Shown: positions 28,526-38,347 of the stretch, piece after piece | Layout of the letters: each line of letters starts with the position of its first letter | Position numbering within the stretch: the stretch's first letter is position 1 | NCBI GenBank assembly: GCA_963555825.3 | Contig: CAUVXB020000002.1 | Span: forward strand, 800,001-864,000 | Direction: 5' to 3' | Length of the DNA stretch: 64,000 nucleotides | Source: Alphaproteobacteria bacterium | Lineage (GTDB): Bacteria; Pseudomonadota; Alphaproteobacteria; JAAXGF01 | Made by a program: the position numbers and the translations under genes | The notes under the pieces: model-generated | Told to the model about the DNA's origin: nothing | Databases searched by the model: none | The model's input: the letters and a program-made list of their open reading frames with translations, nothing else

Positions 28526-30990
28526 GATTTCAACCTCGCCCCGGCCGGATCGTAGAGCGGGCTGTCGACGCGCCGCGCCGGATGGCGCACGCAGAACGCC
28601 TCGATCTCGAACACGCTCTCCGTCGCGAGCTCGGCCGGAAGATAGCCCATCAGGATCGTCTTGCCGATGGTATGGCCATAGCCCGCGCTGGTCACCAGGC
28701 TGACGACCGCCTCGTCGTGCAGGATCGTTTCGCCGCCGAACACGGCAATCCGGTCGTCGACCGTGAAGGTCGAGAGGCGGCGCGCGGGCGGTTCCGCGTT
28801 GGCGCGCTCGAGCGCGGCGCGGCCGATGAAACCGCCCTTCGATTTCAGGTGCACGCGCCCGCCGAGCCCGGCCTCAACCGGGTTGTAGTCGGGCGTCACG
28901 TCGGCGCTCCAATAGAGGTAGCCCTTCTCCATGCGGAGCGTCTGGATCGCCCGGTAGCCGACGTCGGCGATGTCGTGCGGTTCGCCGGCCCGCCACAGGG
29001 TCTGGTAGAGCTGGCGGGCGAATTCTGTCGGCACATGCAGCTCCCAGCCGAGCTCGCCGCCATAGCCGATGCGAATGGCGAGGACCGGCGCGGAGCCGAT
29101 GTTCAGCCGCCGCGCCGTGGCAAACGGGAAGCGCGCGTTATCGACCGGCGCGTCGGCGACGGCCTCGAGGACGCGCCGCGCGGCGGGGCCGCACAGGTTG
29201 ATCACCGCGGTGGCCGACGTGACCTCGGTCAGGACGGCCGATCCGTCGGCCGGCAGGTGACTTTCGATCCAATGCGCATCGTGCACGCCGAAGCCCGAGC
29301 CGGTGACGATGTAGAAGACGTCATCGGCGATCCGCGTCACGGTCAGGTCGGCCTCGATGCCGCCGTGTTCGTTGCACAACTGCGTATAGACGACACGGCC
29401 GACGGGCTTGTCCATGTTCGAGACTGCGAGGTGCTGCATGGCGTCGAGCGCGCCCAGGCCGCGCAGTTCGAACTTCGAGAAGCTGGTCTGGTCGATCAGC
29501 CCGACGCGCGTCCGCACGGCGCGGTGTTCCTCGGCCACGTACGGTTCCCAATTGGGGTTCTCGAAGGCGGCGCGGTCGACCGGCTCGACGCCGGCCGGCG
29601 CGAACCAGTTGGGCCGCTCCCAGCCGTTCGCCGAGCCGAACACCGCGCCCTTGGCGGCGAGCGTCTCATGCAGCGGGCTGAGGCGGACGTTGCGCGCGGC
29701 GACGCTGCCCTCGCCCGGGAAACGCATCTTGTAATGATGCGCGTAGTGTTCGACGGCGCGCGGGTACATGAATGCCCGAGTGCCGTGGTGGACGCCGAAG
29801 CGGCGTACGTCGAGCGGCCAGAGATCGAGGCTCGGCCGGCCCTCGACGATCCATTCGGCCATCATCTCGCCGGCCCCGCCGCCCGCCGCGATGCCGTAAA
29901 GAAAGCCGGTCGCGACGAACAGGTTGTCGCGCTCGGGCGCGCGGCCCATGACGAAATCGCCGTCCGCCGAATAAGGAATCGGGCCGTTGATCACCTGGCG
30001 CACGCCGACCTCGTTGACCACCGGTGTGACCTCGCCGGCGAGCGTCGCCAGCGGCTCGAAACGCTCGAAGTTCTCGGGCAGGAGCTGCTGGGCGAAGCCG
30101 TCGGGAATGCCGTTCTCGCCGAACGGCACGGTGTTGTCCTCGTAACCGCCGATCACCAGGCGGCCGCCGGCGTCGGGCTTGTAATAAACCAGTCGGTCGG
30201 GGTCGCGCATGTTGGGCAGGTCGTCGGGCATGCCGGGGATCGGCTCGGTCACGATGTACTGGTGCTCGAGCGCGCAGGCCGGCGCGTTGACGCCGAGCCC
30301 GGCGGCCAGCTCGCGGCTCCACATGCCGGCGGCGAGCACGACGGTTTCGGCCGCGATCGGACCGTCGGACGTTTCGACGCGGCTTATGCGGCGTCCCTCG
30401 GTCGCGAAGCCGGTGACTTCGACCCCCTCGCAGATTCGCACGCCGCGCGTCCGCGCGCCCTTGGCGATCGCCTGGCACAGGCTGGCCGGATCGACGTGGC
30501 CGTCGGACGGGATGTAGGCCGCGCCGAGCACACCGTCGCGCGACATCAGCGGGAACAGCGCTTCCGCCTCCGCCGCCGAGATCATGTGCGCCTCGAGGCC
30601 GAAGCTGCGCGCCATGGTGGTCAGGCGCTTTATCTCCATCATGCGCGCCTCGGAACAGGCGAGGCGCAGGCTGCCGGCCTTCCTCCACTCGATCGCCTGG
30701 CCCGTCTCGGCCTCGATCGCGTCGTAGAGCGCGACCGATTTCTGCAGCATGCGCGTCGTGTTGCGCGACGAGCGGAGCTGGCCGACCAGCCCGGCGGCGT
30801 GCCAGGTCGCGCCCTGGGTCAACCCGGCCTTCTCGACCAGCACGATGTCGCGCTCGCCCATCCTGGCCAGGTGATAGGCGATCGAGCAGCCGATGATGCC
30901 GCCGCCGATAATCAGGTACTGGCAGTGGCCGGGCGTGGTCGCTTGGTGGTCACGCCGCACGGGGTCGTGTTCATCACGATCGCCCATCAT
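28522..30990 (-). CDS. GcvT-family FAD-dependent oxidoreductase (sarcosine/dimethylglycine dehydrogenase-like)
   Basis: IIGGGIIG, GATWHAAG, GWERPNWF, GELGWELH, LRMEKGY. Confidence 0.92.
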   Translation of the reverse strand: MMGDRDEHDPVRRDHQATTPGHCQYLIIGGGIIGCSIAYHLARMGERDIVLVEKAGLTQGATWHAAGLVGQLRSSRNTTRMLQKSVALYDAIEAETGQAIEWRKAGSLRLACSEARMMEIKRLTTMARSFGLEAHMISAAEAEALFPLMSRDGVLGAAYIPSDGHVDPASLCQAIAKGARTRGVRICEGVEVTGFATEGRRISRVETSDGPIAAETVVLAAGMWSRELAAGLGVNAPACALEHQYIVTEPIPGMPDDLPNMRDPDRLVYYKPDAGGRLVIGGYEDNTVPFGENGIPDGFAQQLLPENFERFEPLATLAGEVTPVVNEVGVRQVINGPIPYSADGDFVMGRAPERDNLFVATGFLYGIAAGGGAGEMMAEWIVEGRPSLDLWPLDVRRFGVHHGTRAFMYPRAVEHYAHHYKMRFPGEGSVAARNVRLSPLHETLAAKGAVFGSANGWERPNWFAPAGVEPVDRAAFENPNWEPYVAEEHRAVRTRVGLIDQTSFSKFELRGLGALDAMQHLAVSNMDKPVGRVVYTQLCNEHGGIEADLTVTRIADDVFYIVTGSGFGVHDAHWIESHLPADGSAVLTEVTSATAVINLCGPAARRVLEAVADAPVDNARFPFATARRLNIGSAPVLAIRIGYGGELGWELHVPTEFARQLYQTLWRAGEPHDIADVGYRAIQTLRMEKGYLYWSADVTPDYNPVEAGLGGRVHLKSKGGFIGRAALERANAEPPARRLSTFTVDDRIAVFGGETILHDEAVVSLVTSAGYGHTIGKTILMGYLPAELATESVFEIEAFCVRHPARRVDSPLYDPAGARLKS

Positions 30991-32441
30991 CCGGTGACGC
31001 CGGTCGGATAGCGGGCCGCGTTCCAGAAGCCCTCGGGCGTCTCGAGCAGCGCGGCCAGGCCGGTGCGCTCGATCATCAGCGCGGTCTCGCTGCGCGCGTC
31101 GTCGAGCACCTCGGCCTCGTCGACGGTCGCGACCGCGCGGCCCGCCATCAACACCCGGCCGTCGACGATGACGGTGTCGACGTCGGCGCCGTTGGCGTAG
31201 TTCGGGATGCGGAAGAGCGGCATGTTTGGCGGGTAGAGATGCGGCTTGGCCATGTCGATCAGGATCACGTCGGCCTGCTTGCCGGCCTCCAGCGAGCCGA
31301 TCCGGTCTTCGAGGCCGAGCACGCGGGCGGCGTCGCACGTGACCATCTCGATGACCTTGCCGGGCGGCATGACCGCGGCGTCGTGGAAGTGGGTGCGCTG
31401 GTAGTGCATGCACTGGAACATATGGCGGAACATGTCGGCGCCGCGGTCGGGCGCGGTGCCGTCCGAGCCGATCGCCACGGTAACGCCGGCCTCGATCAGC
31501 TCGGGCGCCGGGCAGCGCGCGACAATCGAGGCGATGGCGCTCGGGTTGTGGACGATCTTTGTGTCGGTCTCGCGGCACAGCGCGATCTCGCGCGCCGACA
31601 TGTTGTTGCAATGCGACAGGAAGACGTTCGCGCCGAGCAGGCCGAACACCTCGTGGGCGATCTCGATCGAGCCGTTGCGGTGGCCGTCCTGGGTGAGCAG
31701 CAGGCCGCGGCCGCGCGCCATGTCGCGCACCGCGTGGGATTGCTCGATCAGTTCGCCGAGCGGCGCTTCGCCGCCGTCGACGTCGGCGCGGCCATAGACC
31801 GGCAGATTGAGCGCGATGTTGACGCGGCCTTGCGCCGCGCCGTGCCACTCCTCGATCAGCGTCTCGCTGCAGGCGAGCTGGTCGGCTTCGGTGATCGCGA
31901 GCGGCACCGCGGTGTCGCCCTCCCAGCGCGCGAAGCGCCGCGGAAACGGCGGCCGGCACGGCCCGACGGCGAGGAACGAGCGGATGCCGATCTCTTCGAT
32001 CGCGCCGCAGTGTGCCGCGCCATAGGCCGGCTCGTCGGTGCGCATGATGTCGTTGCCGCCACCCAACAGCGAAACGCCGCAGGTGACGCCGCATTTGAGC
32101 CGCTCGAGCGCCGCGAGCCGCGCCTCGGCGCGCCAGAACCCGACGCCCGAGCCGATCGTGTAGATCGTCTCGCAGGCCGCGCTCCAGGCATCGCCGCTGC
32201 CCGCGCCCATGGTCTTGACCAGGCCGTGGCCGGCGTGGGCGTGGCAGTCGATCAGCCCGGGCATGGCGACCATGTCGCGGCCGTCGATGATCCGCGCCGC
32301 GTCGTGCCGCGCCGCGAGGTCGTCCGTCGCGCCGATCTCGGCGATGCGGTCGCCGGCGATGACGATCGCGCCGTTCTCGATGACGCGACGCTCGCCGTCC
32401 ATGGTGACGATCGTCGCATTGGTGATCAGGATGTCGGTCAT
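30987..32441 (-). CDS. Amidohydrolase family protein (AtzA/MtaD-like deaminase)
   Basis: PGLIDCHAH, HNPS, IGSDG, GSLEAGKQAD. Confidence 0.88.
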   Translation of the reverse strand: MTDILITNATIVTMDGERRVIENGAIVIAGDRIAEIGATDDLAARHDAARIIDGRDMVAMPGLIDCHAHAGHGLVKTMGAGSGDAWSAACETIYTIGSGVGFWRAEARLAALERLKCGVTCGVSLLGGGNDIMRTDEPAYGAAHCGAIEEIGIRSFLAVGPCRPPFPRRFARWEGDTAVPLAITEADQLACSETLIEEWHGAAQGRVNIALNLPVYGRADVDGGEAPLGELIEQSHAVRDMARGRGLLLTQDGHRNGSIEIAHEVFGLLGANVFLSHCNNMSAREIALCRETDTKIVHNPSAIASIVARCPAPELIEAGVTVAIGSDGTAPDRGADMFRHMFQCMHYQRTHFHDAAVMPPGKVIEMVTCDAARVLGLEDRIGSLEAGKQADVILIDMAKPHLYPPNMPLFRIPNYANGADVDTVIVDGRVLMAGRAVATVDEAEVLDDARSETALMIERTGLAALLETPEGFWNAARYPTGVTG

Positions 32442-32473
32442 GGGGCGCTGCCTGAATGAACGGGGATAGCCGG

Positions 32474-33700
32474 CTACGGCCGGTGGAGGACCGCGGGCGC
32501 GCGGGTGAAGGTCCGGCGGCCCTGCTTGAAACCGCATAATGGCGCGGCCAGCGTCTGGACCGCCGCCTCGGGCGTGGCGCAGTCGAGCACGACGATATCG
32601 GCCGGATTGCCGACCCGAATGCCGTAATCGGCGGCGCGCATCAGCGTGGCCGGCCGGTCGGTGACCATGCGCAGGCATTCGGCCATGCCGTGGCGCGTGC
32701 CGACGCGGCCGATGTTGGCGTAGAGGTTGGCCATGCGCAGCATCGAGCCGTCGCCGAACGGCGTGAACGGGTTGAGCATGTTGTTGGTCGAAAGCGCGCA
32801 GTTGACGCCGGCCTCGACCAGGCGGTGGGCCGGCGCGACGCCGCGCACGATGTCGTGGTCGCGCCCGGCGCCCATCAAGTAGAGATCGGTCGACGGCAGC
32901 ACGGTCACCGCGACCCCGGCGTCGGCGAGCCGGGCGGCGACGGCGCCGAGGCGCTCGGCGGGCAGCGCCGAAAGCTTGCTGACATGGCCGATCGCGACGC
33001 GGCCGCCATAGCCGTACCGATCGGTAAGCCGGCAGACCTCGTCGACCGTCATGCCCTCGGGGTTGGTGTCGAAATCGAGATGGCAATCGATGTCGGCGTC
33101 GAAGTCGCGGGCGATCTCGAAGACCCGCGCGATCTGGCCCTTGGGGTCGCTGTCGGTGTAGGGGCAGCCGCCGACCACCCGGGCGCCGCGCCGCATCGCC
33201 TCGACCATCAATTCGTCGGTGCCCGGATTGTCGGTGAGGCCTTCCTGGGGGAAGACGCAGATCTCCAGGTCGATCGCCCAGCGGTAGTCCTCGATCAGCG
33301 GCAGCACCGCCTCGATGCCCTTGACGCCGATCACCGGGTCGACTTCGAGATGGCTGCGCATGCGTGTCGTGCCCTGCGCGATGCAGCGCTCAAGGACCTC
33401 GACGGCGCGCGCCCGGATGTCGGCGACGGTGAACGCCCGCTTGGCGCGCGAGACCTCGCGGATCGCCTCGGCCAGCGTACCCTCCTCGGCCGCGCAGCGC
33501 TCCAATATGCACGCCTTGTCGAGATGGATGTGTGATTCGACGAAGCCCGGCACCACCAGGCGGCCGCCGAGATCGAGGGTTTCGGCGTCGGCGGCGATGG
33601 CCGGCTCGATGGCGGCGATCCGACCCGCCTCGATCGCGATATCGAGCGGGCCGCGCTGCGCTTCGGTCACGATCAAGGCATTCTTGAGCACCAAGTCCAT
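32474..33700 (-). CDS. Cytosine/creatinine deaminase-like amidohydrolase
   Basis: ESHIHLDK, FPQEG, DCHLD, NPFTPFG. Confidence 0.88.
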   Translation of the reverse strand: MDLVLKNALIVTEAQRGPLDIAIEAGRIAAIEPAIAADAETLDLGGRLVVPGFVESHIHLDKACILERCAAEEGTLAEAIREVSRAKRAFTVADIRARAVEVLERCIAQGTTRMRSHLEVDPVIGVKGIEAVLPLIEDYRWAIDLEICVFPQEGLTDNPGTDELMVEAMRRGARVVGGCPYTDSDPKGQIARVFEIARDFDADIDCHLDFDTNPEGMTVDEVCRLTDRYGYGGRVAIGHVSKLSALPAERLGAVAARLADAGVAVTVLPSTDLYLMGAGRDHDIVRGVAPAHRLVEAGVNCALSTNNMLNPFTPFGDGSMLRMANLYANIGRVGTRHGMAECLRMVTDRPATLMRAADYGIRVGNPADIVVLDCATPEAAVQTLAAPLCGFKQGRRTFTRAPAVLHRP

Positions 33701-33709
33701 GCCGCCAGC

Positions 33710-33984
33710 CTAGCCCGGAATTCTCACCATGGACAGGTGCGGCACGGTAGATATCGGACGACAGGCTAGGAAAAGCGTGCGGCGCGATGCTTGCGCATCG
33801 GGCAAGCGCTTTGACGCGGCCTGTCGTCCGAGATCCGCCGCCCTTCGGGTCGCGCCGGGCGGGCCGCCCGCGGCGTCGAAGGCCTTGACCGTGGCCCAGG
33901 CCACGCTCCGCGGCCTTCTTCTGGCGGATCGGCGACCGCCCGACGCGATGACGCGCCTGTCCATGGTGAGAACGCCGGGCCTAG
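33710..33984. mobile_element. MITE family 1, copy B
   Basis: Same TIRs, CTAG ends and body as 5602-5876; lies between divergent genes. Confidence 0.85.
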
Positions 33985-34053
33985 CCCAGAAACCGCCATG
34001 AATCGACGCGTCGCGTGATACCGTATGAAGGCTCAATTTCGGAGGGTCGTCTC

Positions 34054-34824
34054 GTGAAGCTCGAAGGCAAAAACGTCGTCGTCACCGGCGGCGCCGGCGG
34101 CATCGGCGCGGCGCTGGCGCACCGTTTCCACGCCGAGGGCGCCGCCGGCATCACGCTCGCCGACATCCAGGCGGCGCCGCTCGACGCGGTCGCCGAGGCG
34201 GTCGGCGGCCTCGCCGTCGTCTGCGACGTCACCGACGAGACCGCGGTCCAAGCGCTCGTCCGGCGCGCCGAGGCGGCCTGCGGTCCGATCGACGTGTTCT
34301 GCAGCAACGCCGGCGTCGCGCTCACCGGCGACGAGAGCGCGCCCGACGCCGACTGGCGGCTCACCTGGGAGCTCCACGTCATGGCCCATGTCTATGCCGC
34401 CCGTTCCGTGGCGCCCGGCATGGCGGCGCGCGGCTCGGGCTATCTGGTCAACACGGCGTCGGCCGCCGGGCTGCTGACCCACACCGGCTCGGCGACCTAC
34501 GCGGTGACCAAGCATGCCGCCGTCGCCTTCGCCGAGTGGCTCGCGATCGCCTATGGCGACAAGGGCGTGCGGGTCTCGGTGCTGTGCCCGCAGGCGGTGC
34601 GCACCGCGATGATCGCCGGCCGCGAATCGGGGGTCGCCAGCGTCGACGGCGTGCTCACGCCCGAGGAGGTCGCCGAATGCGTCGTCGAGACCATGGCGCG
34701 CGAGGAATTCTTGATCCTGCCGCACGCCAAGGTGCGCGACTACATGCAATTCAAGACGGGCGACGTCGACCGCTGGCTCGGCGGCATGCGCAAGCTGCGC
34801 GCCAAGTACCCGGACGGCATCTGA
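34054..34824 (+). CDS. Short-chain dehydrogenase/reductase
   Basis: TGGAGGIG, SNAG, YAVTK; GTG after GGAGG. Confidence 0.92.
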   Translation: MKLEGKNVVVTGGAGGIGAALAHRFHAEGAAGITLADIQAAPLDAVAEAVGGLAVVCDVTDETAVQALVRRAEAACGPIDVFCSNAGVALTGDESAPDADWRLTWELHVMAHVYAARSVAPGMAARGSGYLVNTASAAGLLTHTGSATYAVTKHAAVAFAEWLAIAYGDKGVRVSVLCPQAVRTAMIAGRESGVASVDGVLTPEEVAECVVETMAREEFLILPHAKVRDYMQFKTGDVDRWLGGMRKLRAKYPDGI

Positions 34825-34972
34825 GCGGCGGGGCCCGAGCCATGGCGGACGATGTCGAGATCGCCGCTGCTAAGCGCGGGCCAGAGCGGACCAAGCGCAT
34901 CGGGATCGGCATGATCACGCGGGCGCGCGAGACCCGATCAACGATCCCTCGCCGGCAAAAATTGATGGTGAA

Positions 34973-35045
34973 AATAAAATGGTGTCAGACTCTATTTATT
35001 TCATTGTTATTATTTGTTTATAATGGTGTCTGACACCATTTATTG
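34973..35045. repeat. REP-like inverted doublet with AT-rich spacer (copy B)
   Basis: aaaatggtgtcagactctattt ... aatggtgtctgacaccattt between convergent genes. Confidence 0.65.
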
Positions 35046-35091
35046 TAAGTGTCCGACTGAGGTTGGCTGGGTTCGCGGTCGCCGTTGGCGG

Positions 35092-36375
35092 CTAGGCCGG
35101 CGGGGACCTGAGGAAGTCGACCGTCTCGGTCGTGCCGTCGAGGTCGAGCCGGGCCTCGGTCGGCGCCATGCGCGAGATCACCTTGCCGCGGCGCACGACG
35201 TAGAGCCGCGTCGCGCGCAGCCGGATCGCCTCGATCGGGTCGCCGGCCTGCAGGACGACCAGATCGGCGTTGCAGCCGGGCTCGAGGCCATAGCCCTCGA
35301 GGTGGAGCAACTCGGCGCCGGTCTCGGTGACCGCGCGGAACATGGCGCGCAGCTCGTCGGTGCCGATCATATGGCCGACATGGGCCGCCATATGGGCGAC
35401 CTCGAGCATGTCGTGGCTGCCCAGGCTGTACCACGGGTCCATCACGCAATCGTGGCCCAAGGCGACCGGGATGCCGTGCGCCAGCAGCTCGCGCACGCGG
35501 GTCATGCCGCGCCGCTTCGGGTAGGCGTCGTGGCGGCCCTGTATGACGATGTTGATCAGCGGGTTGACGATCGCCGCGACGCCCGCCTCCTTGATCAGCG
35601 GCAGCAGCTTGCTGACGTAGTCGTTGTCCATCGAGTGCATCGAGGTCAGATGCGAACCGACGACGCGGCCATGCAGCCCGAGCCGGTCGGTCTCGGCGGA
35701 CAGGGTCTCGATGTGGCGCGAGGCCGGGTCGTCGGTCTCGTCGCAGTGCATATCGACCAGCAGGCCGCGCTGGGCGGCGATCTCGGTGAGCGCCGTCACC
35801 GAGGCGGCGCCGTCGGCCATGGTGCGCTCGAAATGCGGGATGCCGCCGACGACATCGACGCCCTTGTCGAGCGCCCTCGCGAGATTGTCCAGGCCGTCGG
35901 GCGCGCGGTAGATGCCGTTCTGCGGGAAGGCGACGAGCTGCAGGTCGATCCAGGGCGCGATCTCGGCCTTGACCTCGAGGAGCGCGTCGACCGCCGTCAG
36001 CGCCGCGTCGGAGACGTCGACGTGGCTGCGGATCGCCAGGGTGCCGCGCGCGATCGACCAGCGGCACAGCGCGTGCGCGCGCTGCTTGATCGCCTCGGGC
36101 GTCAGCGTCGGCGCCAGCTCGCCCCACAGCCGGATGCCCTCGAGCAGCGTGCCGCTCTGGTTCATCCTGGGCAGGCCGAGGCTGAGCGTCGCGTCCATGT
36201 GGAAGTGGCTGTCGACGAAGGGCGGCGTCACCAGATGGCCGGCTGCGTCGATCGCCTCGACGGCGTCGGCTTCGATCGCTGGCGCCAGCTCGGCAATCCG
36301 GCCGTCCTTGACGGCGATGTCGACGCCGCGGCGGCCGTCGGCGAGCGTCGCATTGCGAATTATCAGATCGAGCAT
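35092..36375 (-). CDS. codA: Cytosine deaminase
   Basis: 427 aa; PPFVDSHFHMD, NQSGTLLEGI, GGIPHFE, HCDETDD, YPKRRG, GHDCVMDPWY. Confidence 0.85.
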   Translation of the reverse strand: MLDLIIRNATLADGRRGVDIAVKDGRIAELAPAIEADAVEAIDAAGHLVTPPFVDSHFHMDATLSLGLPRMNQSGTLLEGIRLWGELAPTLTPEAIKQRAHALCRWSIARGTLAIRSHVDVSDAALTAVDALLEVKAEIAPWIDLQLVAFPQNGIYRAPDGLDNLARALDKGVDVVGGIPHFERTMADGAASVTALTEIAAQRGLLVDMHCDETDDPASRHIETLSAETDRLGLHGRVVGSHLTSMHSMDNDYVSKLLPLIKEAGVAAIVNPLINIVIQGRHDAYPKRRGMTRVRELLAHGIPVALGHDCVMDPWYSLGSHDMLEVAHMAAHVGHMIGTDELRAMFRAVTETGAELLHLEGYGLEPGCNADLVVLQAGDPIEAIRLRATRLYVVRRGKVISRMAPTEARLDLDGTTETVDFLRSPPA

Positions 36376-36474
36376 GGCGGCTCCTCGGTAACGCGCGACC
36401 ACAATACTTGCACCCTTGCCGCGTTCAAGGGCCGCGCGCGTCGGGACTTTGATCCGACGGGCCGACGTGTTTGA

Positions 36475-36772
36475 TACCAAGGATCAGTGATAAAGACCCC
36501 TAGAGACGGCTTGCCGTGGTTCTCGGCTAGGCGCGCCCGTCGCGGCGATGCCCATGTATGGCAATAGGAGGGGCATCGCAAGACGGGCGGAACGACGTCC
36601 GCCAGTCTGATAGCGGGCGAGAGCCTCGGCAAGCCGCCCTCCGGGTCGCGTCCGCTTATCGCCGGCGGGCGCCAGGTTGCCTAGCCGATGCGCTGCATCG
36701 CCCGCGGCTCCCTTGCCTCACCGGCGAAAAGCGGACGCGATCTCTATGGGTCTTTATCACTGATCCTTGGTA
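36475..36772. mobile_element. MITE family 2 (about 298 bp, TA ends, 32-bp TIR)
   Basis: taccaaggatcagtgataaagacccctagaga ... tctctatgggtctttatcactgatccttggta (1 mismatch). Confidence 0.85.
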
Positions 36773-36783
36773 TGAGTAGCGGC

Positions 36784-37755
36784 ATGGCAGTCCGGCGCCA
36801 CCCCGTCACGACGATGATCCTCGCGCGGGTCGCGGTCGGCGTCGTCGCGCTGTTCGTCATCTCGTCGATGTTGTTCGTGGCGCTCGAACTGCTGCCCGGC
36901 GACTTCGCCGACGCCATCCTCGGGCGCGGCCGCACGCCGGAACGCCTGGCGGCGGTCCGCGAGGCCCTGGGCCTCGATCGCGCCGCACACCTGCGTTATG
37001 CCGATTGGGTGGTCGGCGCCCTGTCGCTGGATTTCGGAACCTCGTGGAAATGGGGTACCCCGGTTTGGCCGATCATCGCGCCACGCCTCTATAACTCTCT
37101 GCTGTTGGCGGCGCTGACGGCAATTTTTGCTGTGCCGCTCGGCCTTGTCCTCGGCGTCTATGCGGCGACCAAGAAGGGCACCCTTTTCGACCGCACGACC
37201 TCGCTCGGGACCCTGGTGCTGTTCGCCACGCCCGACTTCGTGCTGGCCTATTTCCTCGCCTTTATCTTGGTCGTCACGTTCCGGGTGTTTCCCGCCTTCA
37301 CCGCATGGATGCCGGACATATCGTTGGGAGATAGGCTGTACGGCATGGCGCTGCCCACCTTGACGCTGACCCTGGTGTCGCTCGCCCCGATCATGCGCCT
37401 GACCCGGGCCAGCATTCTCAACCTCCTCGCCGAACCCTACATCGAGATGGCCCGACTCAAGGGCCTGACGCCGTGGCGGGTGATTACGCGCCATGCGCTG
37501 CCCAACGCGCTTGGCCCGATCATCAACGTCACGATCATGATCATCGCCCACCTGATCGTCGGCGTCGTCATCGTCGAGGTGTTGTTCACTTACCGGGGCC
37601 TGGGCAGCTTCATGGTCGAGTCCGTGGCGTCGCGCGACCTTCCCGTGGTCCAGGCCAGCGGCATGATCTTCGCGACGATTTACATTTTCCTGTTTCTGGT
37701 CGCCGATATCATCGCGCTGGCCAGCAACCCGCGGCTCCGCAATCCGGACCGGTGA
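36784..37755 (+). CDS. Orphan peptide/nickel ABC permease (DppB-like)
   Basis: LPGD.A..ILG, YIEMARLKGL, HALPNAL, RDLPVVQ; no partner subunits adjacent. Confidence 0.88.
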   Translation: MAVRRHPVTTMILARVAVGVVALFVISSMLFVALELLPGDFADAILGRGRTPERLAAVREALGLDRAAHLRYADWVVGALSLDFGTSWKWGTPVWPIIAPRLYNSLLLAALTAIFAVPLGLVLGVYAATKKGTLFDRTTSLGTLVLFATPDFVLAYFLAFILVVTFRVFPAFTAWMPDISLGDRLYGMALPTLTLTLVSLAPIMRLTRASILNLLAEPYIEMARLKGLTPWRVITRHALPNALGPIINVTIMIIAHLIVGVVIVEVLFTYRGLGSFMVESVASRDLPVVQASGMIFATIYIFLFLVADIIALASNPRLRNPDR

Positions 37756-37924
37756 CGGAGGAACCGATGCCGCCGCCGAACCTCGTCTCGCCGACGCCGG
37801 CGACCGTGACGGCGGCGTCGTTGGAGGCCCTGTCGAGGCGCTGTAGAGGCGCGACCATTGGCGTGCCTGAAGGACAGCCCTTCAACCGACCGACGGCTCG
37901 ATCTTGCGTCGTTTAAGGGGCTTT

Positions 37925-38347
37925 CTATTCCACCTTGATCATCATGGGTTTGCCGATATCGCCGACCTGGAAGACCAGTATCTCGAGATCGTCGGTCCCA
38001 CTCAAATTCTTGCCGGTCATCGCGGCGTCGATATCCTCCGCGTACAGCTCGCCCGCGCCGAAGGTCTTGGTTTCACCGTCGAGCACGACGGTAAGCTCGC
38101 CCTCGAGCACATAGACAAAAACTGGGCCAGGATGAAGGTGCCGACCACCGACAAATTTGGCAGGGAGTGCGAGATGCTTGACGATCATTTCTTTGCCGTC
38201 AATCCCGGGAAGAGGCGCTTGATGGAGTGTCTTCACCATGGCTTTCGGTTTATATTCCTCTTGCGCATCAGCGGCTTGCAAACTCGCGAAACTCAACAAA
38301 AACGCCGATGCGAGTGCCATGCTGAATAGACATTTCGTGTACGTCAT
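37925..38347 (-). CDS. Exported cupin-domain protein
   Basis: Signal peptide; HLHPGP..YVLEGE; RBS GAGGGG. Confidence 0.85.
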   Translation of the reverse strand: MTYTKCLFSMALASAFLLSFASLQAADAQEEYKPKAMVKTLHQAPLPGIDGKEMIVKHLALPAKFVGGRHLHPGPVFVYVLEGELTVVLDGETKTFGAGELYAEDIDAAMTGKNLSGTDDLEILVFQVGDIGKPMMIKVE

